Shown here one piece after another: positions 1 to 9,485 of a DNA stretch of 32,576 nucleotides (position 1 is the stretch's first letter; each line of letters opens with the position of its first letter). The stretch comes from an uncultured euryarchaeote. GTDB taxonomy: Archaea > Thermoplasmatota > Poseidoniia > Poseidoniales > Poseidoniaceae. The stretch lies in NCBI GenBank assembly GCA_937899865.1, contig CALBRH010000038.1, positions 1-32,576 on the forward strand, given 5' to 3'. The position numbers were made by a program, and so were the translations under genes. Under the pieces are notes generated by a model that saw nothing but the letters and a program-made list of their open reading frames with translations, had not been told where the DNA came from and ran no database searches.

Positions 1-3000
1 GACTCAAAGTTCTTGGTTACGTCCTGCTCGAATGTGTGGCAATCGCCTGCTTTAACTTCGACTTCTCTCTCATCTGGCAACATTTCTTCAAATACAATGT
101 TTCCTTCAGATTTAATGGATACAAAAATGCCAAGTTCAAGGATATCATAAGTCCCTTTGTCAACTGACTTAATCGGCTCCCCTTCTGACCAACCTTTGAG
201 ATAAATTACGAAAGCACCCGGGTCTTCTGTTGATGGAACCTTAACGGTTAGAATTTTAGTCGTTGATTTACCTGGGTCAAGTTCTACTCTTAATGGGAAG
301 GTGATTTCCCAACCAAACGGCAGTAACCATTCCTGTTGCCCCTCTAGAGTATTTGGGTCCCAGAACAAGAAACTATCCTGAACGTTTCCAGTATTGGTAA
401 TGGTTATCGAAAATGTTGCTTGGCTACCTTGTTCAATATCTTGTACACTTAGTGAGGTATCCAAACTTATTCCGTGTACCACATCCATCAGAGTTAACGT
501 GTTTAAATCAGACCTTATTGCAGGGTCTTTGTATGATTTTGCCGTAACAACAATTTGCGCCAATTCATCTTCATTTGCCTGGTAAATAGTTGGCGCTTGT
601 ACCCTTAAGTAGAAGTTGATGAATTCACCACCCTTGAGGAAAATTGGAGTTGTTGGAGTAATTTGTGTTTGATTTTCAGAGAAGAACAATTGTGCAGTCC
701 AATTTTGTGGCACTCCAGTAATATTAAGGCCATATGTATCAGCAACTAGGTCTATGTCGCCAGGAGTTGAATTATTCATAGTTAGATTATACAGAGTCTG
801 TTCACCTGGTTCAATGACATGATAGAAGGTCTCTCCAAGTTCCAATTCGACATCTACTTGACCAGTAAGTACGTGTGAATAGCAGATTGTGAATGCACCA
901 TTTTGCTCATCATTACATTTGTTTCTGTCAGACCAACCAACGTGAGCACCACTGCCCAAATCATTAGCAAATGCTGGATTCATCCCAATTTCTGGCCGTC
1001 CACCGGTATCTGTACCCAATTTGTTACTTGCCCAACTTGTTATCGAAACTATATCCCATGGATCTAAAGCGAATTCTCCAAGTCCTGTTAAATCGGTTTG
1101 ATTTAGACGTGTATATTGTATCTCTTCTCCAGCAGTAACATTGCCTGAATCAATCCATGCAATGTGCACATTATTCTGTTCATCGGTTAACAAAGATGGG
1201 AAAATCGAATGCCCAGACCATGGCCGATTATTTGCTAATCCTTCCAAACCTTCGACATTGGAAATAGCAGTATCTTGAATTTTCTTAATTGCGTAAGTGG
1301 ACAAACCTTCTTCTGCACCATCGAATGCTCCAGCACCTTGAAGTCGTAGTTTTGTGTAGTATACTTCATAATTTGCTGATTTTTCAAACCCATAATCTCT
1401 AGCGTCCATCCAAGCGATGTGTGTATTACCTTGCATATCAACGCCAATAGATGGATGGAATGAGTACGCATCATCAATAGTTACTCTTGTGTCATTAACT
1501 ACTACTAAATGACCAGTTTCTGCCGAACCAGTATCTTCAACATAACCACCATTTGCAACTGAATGCCCTTCTACACCAGGAACCCAAGTTGGATCATTAT
1601 TCATCTTTGCATAAGGATCTAATACAGTCATGTAAATTTCACGAGAATTATTGGTGGCAACATAAACCATTGCCTCTACAAGTAATGCCATTGCTCCAGC
1701 GCCACCGCTTCCTGATGGGAATTCATAAGCTTGTCCGCCAGCATTTACGTTGCTTGGATTGTTGGCTGGATCTGCCCCTGGACAATTTCTTGGTTGAGTT
1801 GATACAACTCCATTTGGACACTTAGCTAAATCGAGGAAATGTGATTGGATATTACCAGCACCGCCATAACCTTGGCCGTACAAGCCAATTGGAATGACCC
1901 CTGCTCTAACACAACTATCGTGTGCTTCATTAATCGAAGTAATATCATCGGCTTGTTGTGATGGATCGCCATCTTTTGGCCCTTCATCAGAAACTGGAAG
2001 TACTATCTTTGTAGCATTTGGATTCCACTTGTGGTTTGGGCCACCGGCTAGAGGGCTACCTGGGACATTGTCATTAGCGTCTCGCCAAGATAAGCATGCC
2101 CAGTTAGTTCCTGGACCCCAGTCTTCTCCAGAGTTTCCTGAATACGGGTTGCCATTGTAAACGGTGGTTGAAAGTGTACGAATACCGCCTGAATCATCAC
2201 CGTCTCCAAGAGCAGTTGATCGTGGGCCTGCATTTTGGTTATATCCTGCACAATCTCCACTATCGGCAGCAGATGGGAGTCCAAAGCCACCAGTTAATCC
2301 ATAAATTGTTTCATAAACAGTCATATTAGCAACTTCAAGAAGTGGTTTTATTCCTTCAAATGCTGAACCATCAGAAAAGGTTCCACCATAAATTACTGTA
2401 CAAACATCTGCCCATTCCGAATACATAGAGCCTGATGTATCGATAACGAAAACTAACTCTACCTTGCCACCTCGGGTATCATCCCAAGCAATTTGAACTT
2501 GGTCGTTAGCATCAACTACAATATCAGGATGGCCTTTGTGCCCAATGATTGGAGTTAGCAAAGTATCATCGAAAAGAGTGATTACATCTTGAGTGACAAA
2601 GTCTGGCTGTATCATTGAGTAGTAAATTTGTGGTTGATTAAAGAATTTCTCAAGAACATCATATTCGTCTTCCCAGGCGATGTGAATATTTCCTTGTGAA
2701 TCAACATCAATGGATGGCCAATCCCTATCTTGAGCTCGCTGAGAAATTACTACATCATCTATTCCAGTTATTGCGCCATCTGTTGAAGGTTGGCCGTTGA
2801 ATGGTTGAATTTTATATGGGCTTAGAGCGGTATACATAATTTTGTGAGTACCTGATTTGTCTGTCCAAACTATGTGGATGTTATCGTCTTCATCGGCAAC
2901 GACGTCCGGGTGCCAAACCTTGTGAATCCCCGGATTGGTGATTTGTGTTGCATCGATTAAAACTTCACCATTACTGGCTAACATAGAATAGTAAAGATGG

Positions 3001-3215
3001 AGGTTGTTTCGGGCCCATATGATGTGAACGTTTCCTTGACTATCTCCTACAATTGCAGTTTGCGTATCTGATGCAGAGCCCCCGTCAACAATTTGCTGGG
3101 GCTCGGTAATAACTACTGTATTAGCTTCGGCATAATCGCTTGCAACTACCATTCCAGATAGGGCAGATAATAACATAATCAATACTAAACTTACGGACTT
3201 GAATGTTTGGCTCAT
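1..3215 (-). CDS. Large secreted/surface protein (>1070 aa, 3' end beyond window start): signal peptide, 7 beta-propeller-type repeats with inserted vWA domain, then Ig-like (NEW3/CARDB-like) domains
   Basis: Absent from the ORF track because it has no stop in the window. Manual translation from ATG 3215 is open to base 3 (MSQTFKSVSLVLIMLLSALSGMVVASDYAEA...VTKNFE). Repeats xPxIxxDxxGNxHIxWxD; vWA motif VFVIDTSGSM; Ig-like segments such as FSITITNTGNVQDSF; SD-like GAGAGGA upstream. Confidence 0.85.
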   Translation of the reverse strand, partial: MSQTFKSVSLVLIMLLSALSGMVVASDYAEANTVVITEPQQIVDGGSASDTQTAIVGDSQGNVHIIWARNNLHLYYSMLASNGEVLIDATQITNPGIHKVWHPDVVADEDDNIHIVWTDKSGTHKIMYTALSPYKIQPFNGQPSTDGAITGIDDVVISQRAQDRDWPSIDVDSQGNIHIAWEDEYDVLEKFFNQPQIYYSMIQPDFVTQDVITLFDDTLLTPIIGHKGHPDIVVDANDQVQIAWDDTRGGKVELVFVIDTSGSMYSEWADVCTVIYGGTFSDGSAFEGIKPLLEVANMTVYETIYGLTGGFGLPSAADSGDCAGYNQNAGPRSTALGDGDDSGGIRTLSTTVYNGNPYSGNSGEDWGPGTNWACLSWRDANDNVPGSPLAGGPNHKWNPNATKIVLPVSDEGPKDGDPSQQADDITSINEAHDSCVRAGVIPIGLYGQGYGGAGNIQSHFLDLAKCPNGVVSTQPRNCPGADPANNPSNVNAGGQAYEFPSGSGGAGAMALLVEAMVYVATNNSREIYMTVLDPYAKMNNDPTWVPGVEGHSVANGGYVEDTGSAETGHLVVVNDTRVTIDDAYSFHPSIGVDMQGNTHIAWMDARDYGFEKSANYEVYYTKLRLQGAGAFDGAEEGLSTYAIKKIQDTAISNVEGLEGLANNRPWSGHSIFPSLLTDEQNNVHIAWIDSGNVTAGEEIQYTRLNQTDLTGLGEFALDPWDIVSITSWASNKLGTDTGGRPEIGMNPAFANDLGSGAHVGWSDRNKCNDEQNGAFTICYSHVLTGQVDVELELGETFYHVIEPGEQTLYNLTMNNSTPGDIDLVADTYGLNITGVPQNWTAQLFFSENQTQITPTTPIFLKGGEFINFYLRVQAPTIYQANEDELAQIVVTAKSYKDPAIRSDLNTLTLMDVVHGISLDTSLSVQDIEQGSQATFSITITNTGNVQDSFLFWDPNTLEGQQEWLLPFGWEITFPLRVELDPGKSTTKILTVKVPSTEDPGAFVIYLKGWSEGEPIKSVDKGTYDILELGIFVSIKSEGNIVFEEMLPDEREVEVKAGDCHTFEQDVTKNFE

Positions 3216-3299
3216 AGATAATCCTCTCTTACAACATATATACGAGGTTTTCATGGTACTTAACTACGACCCTTTCAGGTCATATTCTATTCAAAGGGT

Positions 3300-3938
3300 T
3301 CAAGCCCATTCAGAAGGGTCAAAACTAGTCCCAAATGACATTTTTTCATCAAATTCAACTTCAATACTTTCTTGCTCGGGAGCTTTCGACTCTGAAGGTT
3401 CAACTCTAACTGATTTACTATGTTCCCAATCATCAACAGGTCCGGGTTTTCCTACACCTGGCCCATATGAATATTTGATCTCATGAATTATTCCTAATTT
3501 AGCTAGCCAAAGTCTCCTAAGTGAATGCATAAACTCATTTTTTGTCATACCATCAAACCAAATTGGCAAACTGACATTGAAGGCTTGTAATGGCCCTGGT
3601 TTTTTGTTATCCTTATGGCCCATATGAATCCCCCAATCTACTGACGAAGCAATAAGTTGTAATCTAGCCTCATGAATCCATTCTGCCCATCCATCTTTAT
3701 CTTCAGTCATGTGATTGGCCATCTCATCTTGTTGACCTTTATCGACTCTTGTCATACTCGAAATTGCCACTAAATCTCTGTTTTTGGGAACTACAACAGC
3801 AAACATATGTCCTTGTTTGCCTTGGGGATATTTGATTAAAACATGTGCATGCGCTCTTGGATCATTTTGTTCCTTGACAAATAACCTTTCTTCGTCGAGC
3901 CACTTTCTGACCAACGATACGATTTCGCTTGGTGTCAC
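3300..3938 (-). CDS. DUF2299-like protein
   Basis: 212-aa ORF with GTG start. Pattern WLDEE...VVVPKNRDLV...IWFDGMTKNEFMHSL resembles the archaeal DUF2299 family; acidic C-terminal tail. Confidence 0.6.
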   Translation of the reverse strand: MTPSEIVSLVRKWLDEERLFVKEQNDPRAHAHVLIKYPQGKQGHMFAVVVPKNRDLVAISSMTRVDKGQQDEMANHMTEDKDGWAEWIHEARLQLIASSVDWGIHMGHKDNKKPGPLQAFNVSLPIWFDGMTKNEFMHSLRRLWLAKLGIIHEIKYSYGPGVGKPGPVDDWEHSKSVRVEPSESKAPEQESIEVEFDEKMSFGTSFDPSEWA

Positions 3939-3981
3939 GTGTGCTCCGAATAACTCATCCCGTTTGAATCAAACGCAAGAA

Positions 3982-5619
3982 TTACTCTAAACTAGGCAAA
4001 TCTTGCTTTATTTCTGCAACGATAGAAAATAATTCTTCTTTATCTTTATTCGACATTCTAGATTTACGTAGAAATCCTCTAAAGTCAACATAGTCATCCC
4101 AAACCAAGGAAAACAATCGCCCGGTGAAAAGTGAGACAGGGAACATTAACAACCACATCATAACAACTGCAAGTGCGATATTTTCTACTGCTGTGCCGAA
4201 GTATTCTGTCCAGTCACTACCAATGATTTCTGCAACTGTACCGGTTTGCCAATATAGTAAAGCTACAATGATTGATGATGAAATCGGCCAGATTATTATC
4301 GAGCCAAACATTGCAGCAAGAAACTGGTATGAAGTCCTTGCATCGATGCCTTCATCGGTGGAGTCGCCCAACAATCTTCCTAGAATAATTTGTGGCAATA
4401 ATGATATCAAGAAAATTGGTAATAATGCGATAAATAGGCCTAATCTTGCTGTGGCAAATGGTAGTTTGGTCATCTTTGGCGGAGATAATCGCGTTGATGT
4501 TGCATTTAGATCCCTCCCATCTAAGCCATTTCTATGCAATATTTCTGCAGCCTTTTCTGATTTAGCAATCAAAGGATGAGAAATCTTTTCTGGCTGTAAA
4601 TTATCAACATCCACGGTTGTTGGTTTAGTACTATATTTGCCCCTAAAGTACCGTGCCTGTTTCACTTCTTCGCTCCAAGTTTTTGGCTGATTATTGTTCG
4701 ATCGCCCATTGATGTGTCCCAAGAGTAACAAAGCTCGATACTCCTCCCATGTATGAGCATTCGGGCTTAGCGGAACCAATTCTTCGCGTAATTTATCGCG
4801 CAGTCGAAATACTGATTCTGCAGGTGGCTCGGACCATGTGCCACTGGAAACAGCATCGACCAAGTTTTGGGGGACTTCGTTACTTTCTACTTGTATCGGT
4901 TCACCATATTCAACCCAAACGTCAGTTCTAAAATATTCCTTAGTCCTAAAATGTAAGCCCATTGGAATAAGCACGGGTAAATCCCTACCAGATGCTTTAG
5001 CAAGTGCACTTGCTGCTAATACAGTTCGCATTGGGCCAGTTCTAAATCGCAGCATGTATGCGTTATTGTGGCTGGTACCCTCTGGAAAAAGTACACAACC
5101 ATAACCATGTGAAATACCTGATGCCAAAGTCATTAAAGAACGCCCATTTAGAAAATTAGCTTCTTCTTCAGTACATCCTCCACGAAGTAATTCGGCTTTT
5201 CTAACAACTGGCTGGACTGCCATTTTTCGAGTCCACCACCCGAAAATAGGTCTTGTGACCAAATCATGCCTTGCCCCTAACACAAAATATTCAGGGTGGT
5301 TCAATGTTATCTGTAAGGCATCCAAAATACCATTGGTATGCCAAGCACAACATAGGGAGCCTCTATCTTTTGGAATATTCTCCATTCCAGTAGCTTCTAT
5401 GGAACGAAACTGAACTTTACTAATTCGATTGCAAATCCAATAAATTACCTTTGTCCAAAAATATGAGCCTGGGGTTTTTCCTTCGTAAGTCGGTATTGGC
5501 GTTGACAATAATTTATCCATTTTCATATTCTTTGCGGATTTTGATAGATATGGCAACTCCTCTCCACGATGATCCAAAACTCCATCATTCATTGTGGCTG
5601 GATCTGGGTGTTTCATCAT
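3982..5619 (-). CDS. Glycerolipid acyltransferase (PlsC/GPAT-like, LPLAT superfamily) with C-terminal transmembrane helices
   Basis: Catalytic HxxxxD (WHTNGILD), block II (ARHDL..RPIFGW...PVVR), block III FPEGTS; hydrophobic C-terminal segments; SD GAGGTGG; ATGA overlap with the upstream HIT gene. Confidence 0.85.
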   Translation of the reverse strand: MMKHPDPATMNDGVLDHRGEELPYLSKSAKNMKMDKLLSTPIPTYEGKTPGSYFWTKVIYWICNRISKVQFRSIEATGMENIPKDRGSLCCAWHTNGILDALQITLNHPEYFVLGARHDLVTRPIFGWWTRKMAVQPVVRKAELLRGGCTEEEANFLNGRSLMTLASGISHGYGCVLFPEGTSHNNAYMLRFRTGPMRTVLAASALAKASGRDLPVLIPMGLHFRTKEYFRTDVWVEYGEPIQVESNEVPQNLVDAVSSGTWSEPPAESVFRLRDKLREELVPLSPNAHTWEEYRALLLLGHINGRSNNNQPKTWSEEVKQARYFRGKYSTKPTTVDVDNLQPEKISHPLIAKSEKAAEILHRNGLDGRDLNATSTRLSPPKMTKLPFATARLGLFIALLPIFLISLLPQIILGRLLGDSTDEGIDARTSYQFLAAMFGSIIIWPISSSIIVALLYWQTGTVAEIIGSDWTEYFGTAVENIALAVVMMWLLMFPVSLFTGRLFSLVWDDYVDFRGFLRKSRMSNKDKEELFSIVAEIKQDLPSLE

Positions 5620-6047
5620 TCCACCTCGCTTAATTCACTAGCCAAATTAGCAAGTGCTGTATGATCTACATCTCTTGACACATTGTCTGGCCACATCGAC
5701 ATGAGAGTTTTGCCGCCATCGCCCTTTGTTCTTGGAATTACATGGACATGGACATGCGGGACTTCTTGACCAGCTAATGGCCCATCATGTATGCATATAG
5801 TGAAGTCTGTTGTTTTGAAAAATTGTGAAAGTTTTCTTTGAACTGTCTTTACACCAACAAAAAGGCTCGCTACTTCCTGTTCACTTAGTTCTTGTAGGTT
5901 TGATACTTGTTTGTTAGGGACTACAAGGGTGTGCCCATCCCTGCGCGGTAAGATGTCCAAAAATGCATACCAATCAGTACCGCTAGCAACTTTGTGGGAT
6001 GGAATATCTCCGGCGATGATTTTTCCAAACAAAGTTTGTTCGCCCAT
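5616..6047 (-). CDS. HIT family nucleotide hydrolase (Hint-like)
   Basis: LFGKIIAGDIPS, AFLDILP, GHTLVVP, and HIT motif PHVHVHVIPR. Likely start is ATG 6047 (MGEQTLF), not the ORF-track start at 6101, which overlaps the upstream gene. Confidence 0.92.
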   Translation of the reverse strand: MGEQTLFGKIIAGDIPSHKVASGTDWYAFLDILPRRDGHTLVVPNKQVSNLQELSEQEVASLFVGVKTVQRKLSQFFKTTDFTICIHDGPLAGQEVPHVHVHVIPRTKGDGGKTLMSMWPDNVSRDVDHTALANLASELSEVE

Positions 6048-6079
6048 AGCCTCGGCTAACGCAAACGAGTTATTGTTTT

Positions 6080-7699
6080 TCACTGAGGCGCAAGTATCCA
6101 ATTGTCTTTCTGACCCTTTCTTACAGCAAGGGTGCCAATATTGGAATTATTGTCAACTGTGATATGATGAATTAACTCTGAATCTTCTTCTAAAAAGTCA
6201 CTTCTTTGATGAACTCCACGAGACTCATTACGGGCAAGTGAGGATTTTATTGAAGCAGACAAAAGTCTAATCCCGGCTTGAATTCGTACCAAAGCAACAT
6301 AATTTGTGTTTGCTATCAATGACTTTTGATCTAAATGGATAGATTCAGCTAAAATCTCAGCTTGTTCTAATTCTTGAATGAAACTGGATAATTCATCCGC
6401 ATTATTAGATTCTGAACTATATTTTGTCGCAATACCGAGTAACTTGGACTCTAAGGCGCCTACTCTTTGTACGGTTTCAGAGGTTTCATCAGAAAATTTA
6501 GCATCGAAATTAGCTTCGCATGATTCAAGTGACTGAAGTAGATTTTCAGTATTTGAAAATGATTGCTTTGCCACCCATTCTGCTGCATGGCCGCCAGCAC
6601 TGCTACCACCAGTTAACGCATCAAGTAGGCGATTACCTGGCAACACTCCTGCCCCATTTAATCCTGAACAAGCAGCATCTCCTGCGGCGTACAAACCAGT
6701 AAACCATCGTGACCAACTCCCGATTACTGCTCTACCATATTCATCGGTTGCAATCCCTCCTAGTGTTTGATTTACCCGATTCTCAAGCCCTACAGTATAC
6801 TTATTCATATCAGCGCCAGTAGAACTCTTTACTGTACTAAAAGCGGATTGCCACCATGTTTTGTTATCACCCATTTCTCGGCCGTCAATAACTGCACCAG
6901 ATGATTCTGAAACAACTCGGCAAAGTTCGACCAAATTATCTGCTGATAATGAATTTCCTGAAGTATCACACAATCCTGCTCCATAACCAAGCATATTTGA
7001 TGAAAGAATCAATTTTGTATCGGTTACTCCAAATGGAGTTTTAGCTATGAATTCCATATCTCTAAGTGGTAAGCCAGATTGTAATGCTAAATCCATTCCA
7101 AAGCCAATGCCTGTGCCGTTAAAAATCCCTTCAAAACCTCCATCGGCGATGATTACCGCTTTTGTTTGGATGGCCAAAAATCTACCATTTACCATATCAA
7201 GTGTTATTACGCCATCGACTTTTTGCTTCGTACATACTAACATAACTGGTAATTGATCGCCCCTTCTAACAACTCCATTTTTCATACATTGTTCTTCCAA
7301 AACTTGTTGGACATCTCTTACTGATGCATCTCCTGCACCAATAATTCTAGGACTTGAATGACCTATTCCTTTGCTTGTTAGTGGCAATCCTTTAGCATCT
7401 CTGCTAAATACTACTCCAGCTTTTTCTAGATGATTCATTTCATCAATAGCCATGTTGGTTTTGGCAGTGACGATATCTTGGTCGCAAAGAAAATATCCAG
7501 ATTTTATGGTATCTTCACGGTGACCTCTATTGTTCATTTCTTGAATAGGGGCTGCTAATCCGTCAAGTGCGGACAAGTCGCCATTGCCTAAAGCCGTTGC
7601 AGATATTAGCAAAGTCTTGGCTCCATTTTTTGCCGATACACTTGCAGAGCGTAGTGCTGCGGGGCCATCTCCAATAACAAGTACATCCCATGCTTCCAT
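6080..7699 (-). CDS. FAD-binding protein of the SdhA/FrdA/NadB family, apparently catalytically degenerate
   Basis: N-terminal dinucleotide fold VLVIGDGPAALRSA, KAVIIADGG, DMEF, GLYAAGDAAC, and C-terminal RNESRGVHQRSDF. Covalent-FAD His and dicarboxylate-site His/Arg residues are not seen. Confidence 0.8.
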   Translation of the reverse strand: MEAWDVLVIGDGPAALRSASVSAKNGAKTLLISATALGNGDLSALDGLAAPIQEMNNRGHREDTIKSGYFLCDQDIVTAKTNMAIDEMNHLEKAGVVFSRDAKGLPLTSKGIGHSSPRIIGAGDASVRDVQQVLEEQCMKNGVVRRGDQLPVMLVCTKQKVDGVITLDMVNGRFLAIQTKAVIIADGGFEGIFNGTGIGFGMDLALQSGLPLRDMEFIAKTPFGVTDTKLILSSNMLGYGAGLCDTSGNSLSADNLVELCRVVSESSGAVIDGREMGDNKTWWQSAFSTVKSSTGADMNKYTVGLENRVNQTLGGIATDEYGRAVIGSWSRWFTGLYAAGDAACSGLNGAGVLPGNRLLDALTGGSSAGGHAAEWVAKQSFSNTENLLQSLESCEANFDAKFSDETSETVQRVGALESKLLGIATKYSSESNNADELSSFIQELEQAEILAESIHLDQKSLIANTNYVALVRIQAGIRLLSASIKSSLARNESRGVHQRSDFLEEDSELIHHITVDNNSNIGTLAVRKGQKDNWILAPQ

Positions 7700-7777
7700 T
7701 ACGAATCCCCCGTCAAACCAACCGAAGGGCGTGGGGGAGATAAGCCAACCGCATACAATTGATATTGTAAGAATCCA

Positions 7778-9298
7778 TCAAGGGGAATATGGTATGTCCA
7801 TTTCCCCTATCTTACGAGCGTTTTCAAGCCTAAACATTCGCTTTCTCAAGACATTAGAGGTCTTTCTACTGACATTGGTCGATAAAACCTTTGACTCTAA
7901 TACAATATTGTCTTCATCTCTAAGCATGACTTGTACATTTGTTAACCCATAGAATTTCCTATTCCAAGCGATATTCATCCACAGAACTACTCCTTTATGC
8001 AAATACCTTGGAATCCAATCGAGGCAGTCTTCGTCATTGGAAGCAGATAGTTTCAGTCCACTCCGAGGAGGTGGGCAGGCAGCCAACTCAAAACGGTGGG
8101 TTCGAGATTCTGGTTCGCCGTTTGGCACCAATACTTCGACAGAAACAACGCGCTTTTTGAATGTTTGATTATTTAGCACGATGAATAAATTGGTGGCACC
8201 ACCAACGCACACATCGTCAAGAGCAACGTCCATCCGCCATTTTGCTCTTGAGACCTCTGGCTTGCCACTTAACAAATCGATTTGTAACCTATCAAGTAAA
8301 TTGAAGGCGCTTGGTTGCCAAGCCTTTGCATGAGAAAGTAGTCTCTGTATTGTGCGCCAGTTGAAATCGTGATCTTGATCATACATGATTGGTTCAAGTT
8401 TTCCTTTAACCATAAATGTTGAAAATTCCTCTATCACATCATCATCAGTTATTTCTCCTAAATTATGTAAATATAATATGTATAGAAGCCTCTCAAGTGC
8501 TTGTTTTTTATCATTACCGGGTATTAGCGATTTGTGAAATTTTTGTTTCCATTTATTCCATTCTAATTCTAAATCAGGATCTAAATGTGCTGAAAGCAAA
8601 TCACTAAGGATGCTGCCCAACTGTGTTTGATGGTGCGTTGGTGCGTGAAAAACCAAATTTGGAAACCTATCTCCCAATTGCTTAACGCTCAAATTGGTGT
8701 ACTGTGCGTGGAATGTATAGGTAAAGCCAGCAATTATAGAAACCAATAATGCAAGATTCCAAGCCACTGTTCCTGATTTAGTAGCAGTCGCTAACAAAAT
8801 CATTGAAAATGAAATACTAATCAGCACAGTATTAACTAAGTTTGTCCGCCTGTGATCTCTTAACCCATCAATAATACGATCAATACCTGGCTGAACCCTT
8901 AGAGTATGTCGAACTCCGTCTGTTAAGCCGCCTTGTTCTCTGAGGGAAAGTTTAGCCTGCATTGCATGCCATGCTGATTCAACCGCAATTAAATTGGGAA
9001 TTACAGCCAATAATATTGGCAATGGCAACAAGACCACTAACCAGTTTTTTTCTGAAATCTGATCTGGAAAGAATATCCCAAGCATGGCAGTGAATGCTAA
9101 TACTAATCCAACTATTGAGCGCCAATATCTCAACATCCAATTTCTTGCTATGTTACCAAATAATTTTCTGCGCCCTTCCAAATGTATCCATTGAACTCTA
9201 GTTTTTTCTAATGGATCTTCTATTCGCTCAAACCCTTGTCCGTAGGGATCTGGCAATTCCAACGCCGAATCCAGATTTTTGGGATTGCTACGTGCCAT
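7778..9298 (-). CDS. Hypothetical membrane protein (about 4 TM helices, soluble C-terminal region)
   Basis: 506-aa ORF with hydrophobic stretches near aa 62-107 and 157-200; no family recognised. Confidence 0.65.
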   Translation of the reverse strand: MARSNPKNLDSALELPDPYGQGFERIEDPLEKTRVQWIHLEGRRKLFGNIARNWMLRYWRSIVGLVLAFTAMLGIFFPDQISEKNWLVVLLPLPILLAVIPNLIAVESAWHAMQAKLSLREQGGLTDGVRHTLRVQPGIDRIIDGLRDHRRTNLVNTVLISISFSMILLATATKSGTVAWNLALLVSIIAGFTYTFHAQYTNLSVKQLGDRFPNLVFHAPTHHQTQLGSILSDLLSAHLDPDLELEWNKWKQKFHKSLIPGNDKKQALERLLYILYLHNLGEITDDDVIEEFSTFMVKGKLEPIMYDQDHDFNWRTIQRLLSHAKAWQPSAFNLLDRLQIDLLSGKPEVSRAKWRMDVALDDVCVGGATNLFIVLNNQTFKKRVVSVEVLVPNGEPESRTHRFELAACPPPRSGLKLSASNDEDCLDWIPRYLHKGVVLWMNIAWNRKFYGLTNVQVMLRDEDNIVLESKVLSTNVSRKTSNVLRKRMFRLENARKIGEMDIPYSP

Positions 9299-9369
9299 CG
9301 TATCACCCCTACCAATAAGTTCCTCTTTTTACTCATTGCCCAATTTTCTAATTGTTTATTGCAATTAAG

Positions 9370-9443
9370 CGGGCGCGGCAGGATTCGAACCCGCGATCTT
9401 CGGCTTAGGAGGCCGACGCATTATCCAGCTGTGCTACGCGCCC
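9370..9443 (-). tRNA. tRNA-Arg(CCT)
   Basis: Reverse complement folds as GGGCGCG/CGCGCCC acceptor stem, anticodon arm TCGGC-CTCCTAA-GCCGA, T-loop TTCGAAT, A20 Arg identity base; CCA not encoded. Confidence 0.96.
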
Positions 9444-9485
9444 AAACTTGCCAATGGACATGTCATGAAGAGTATTGCTATTAGT

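Noticed and set aside
394-3486. Short ORF-track entries (394-585, 1235-1477, 1553-1825, 1894-2160, 2048-2290, 3199-3486)
   Set aside because: They overlap the long minus-strand surface-protein gene or DUF2299 in other frames and show no motifs.
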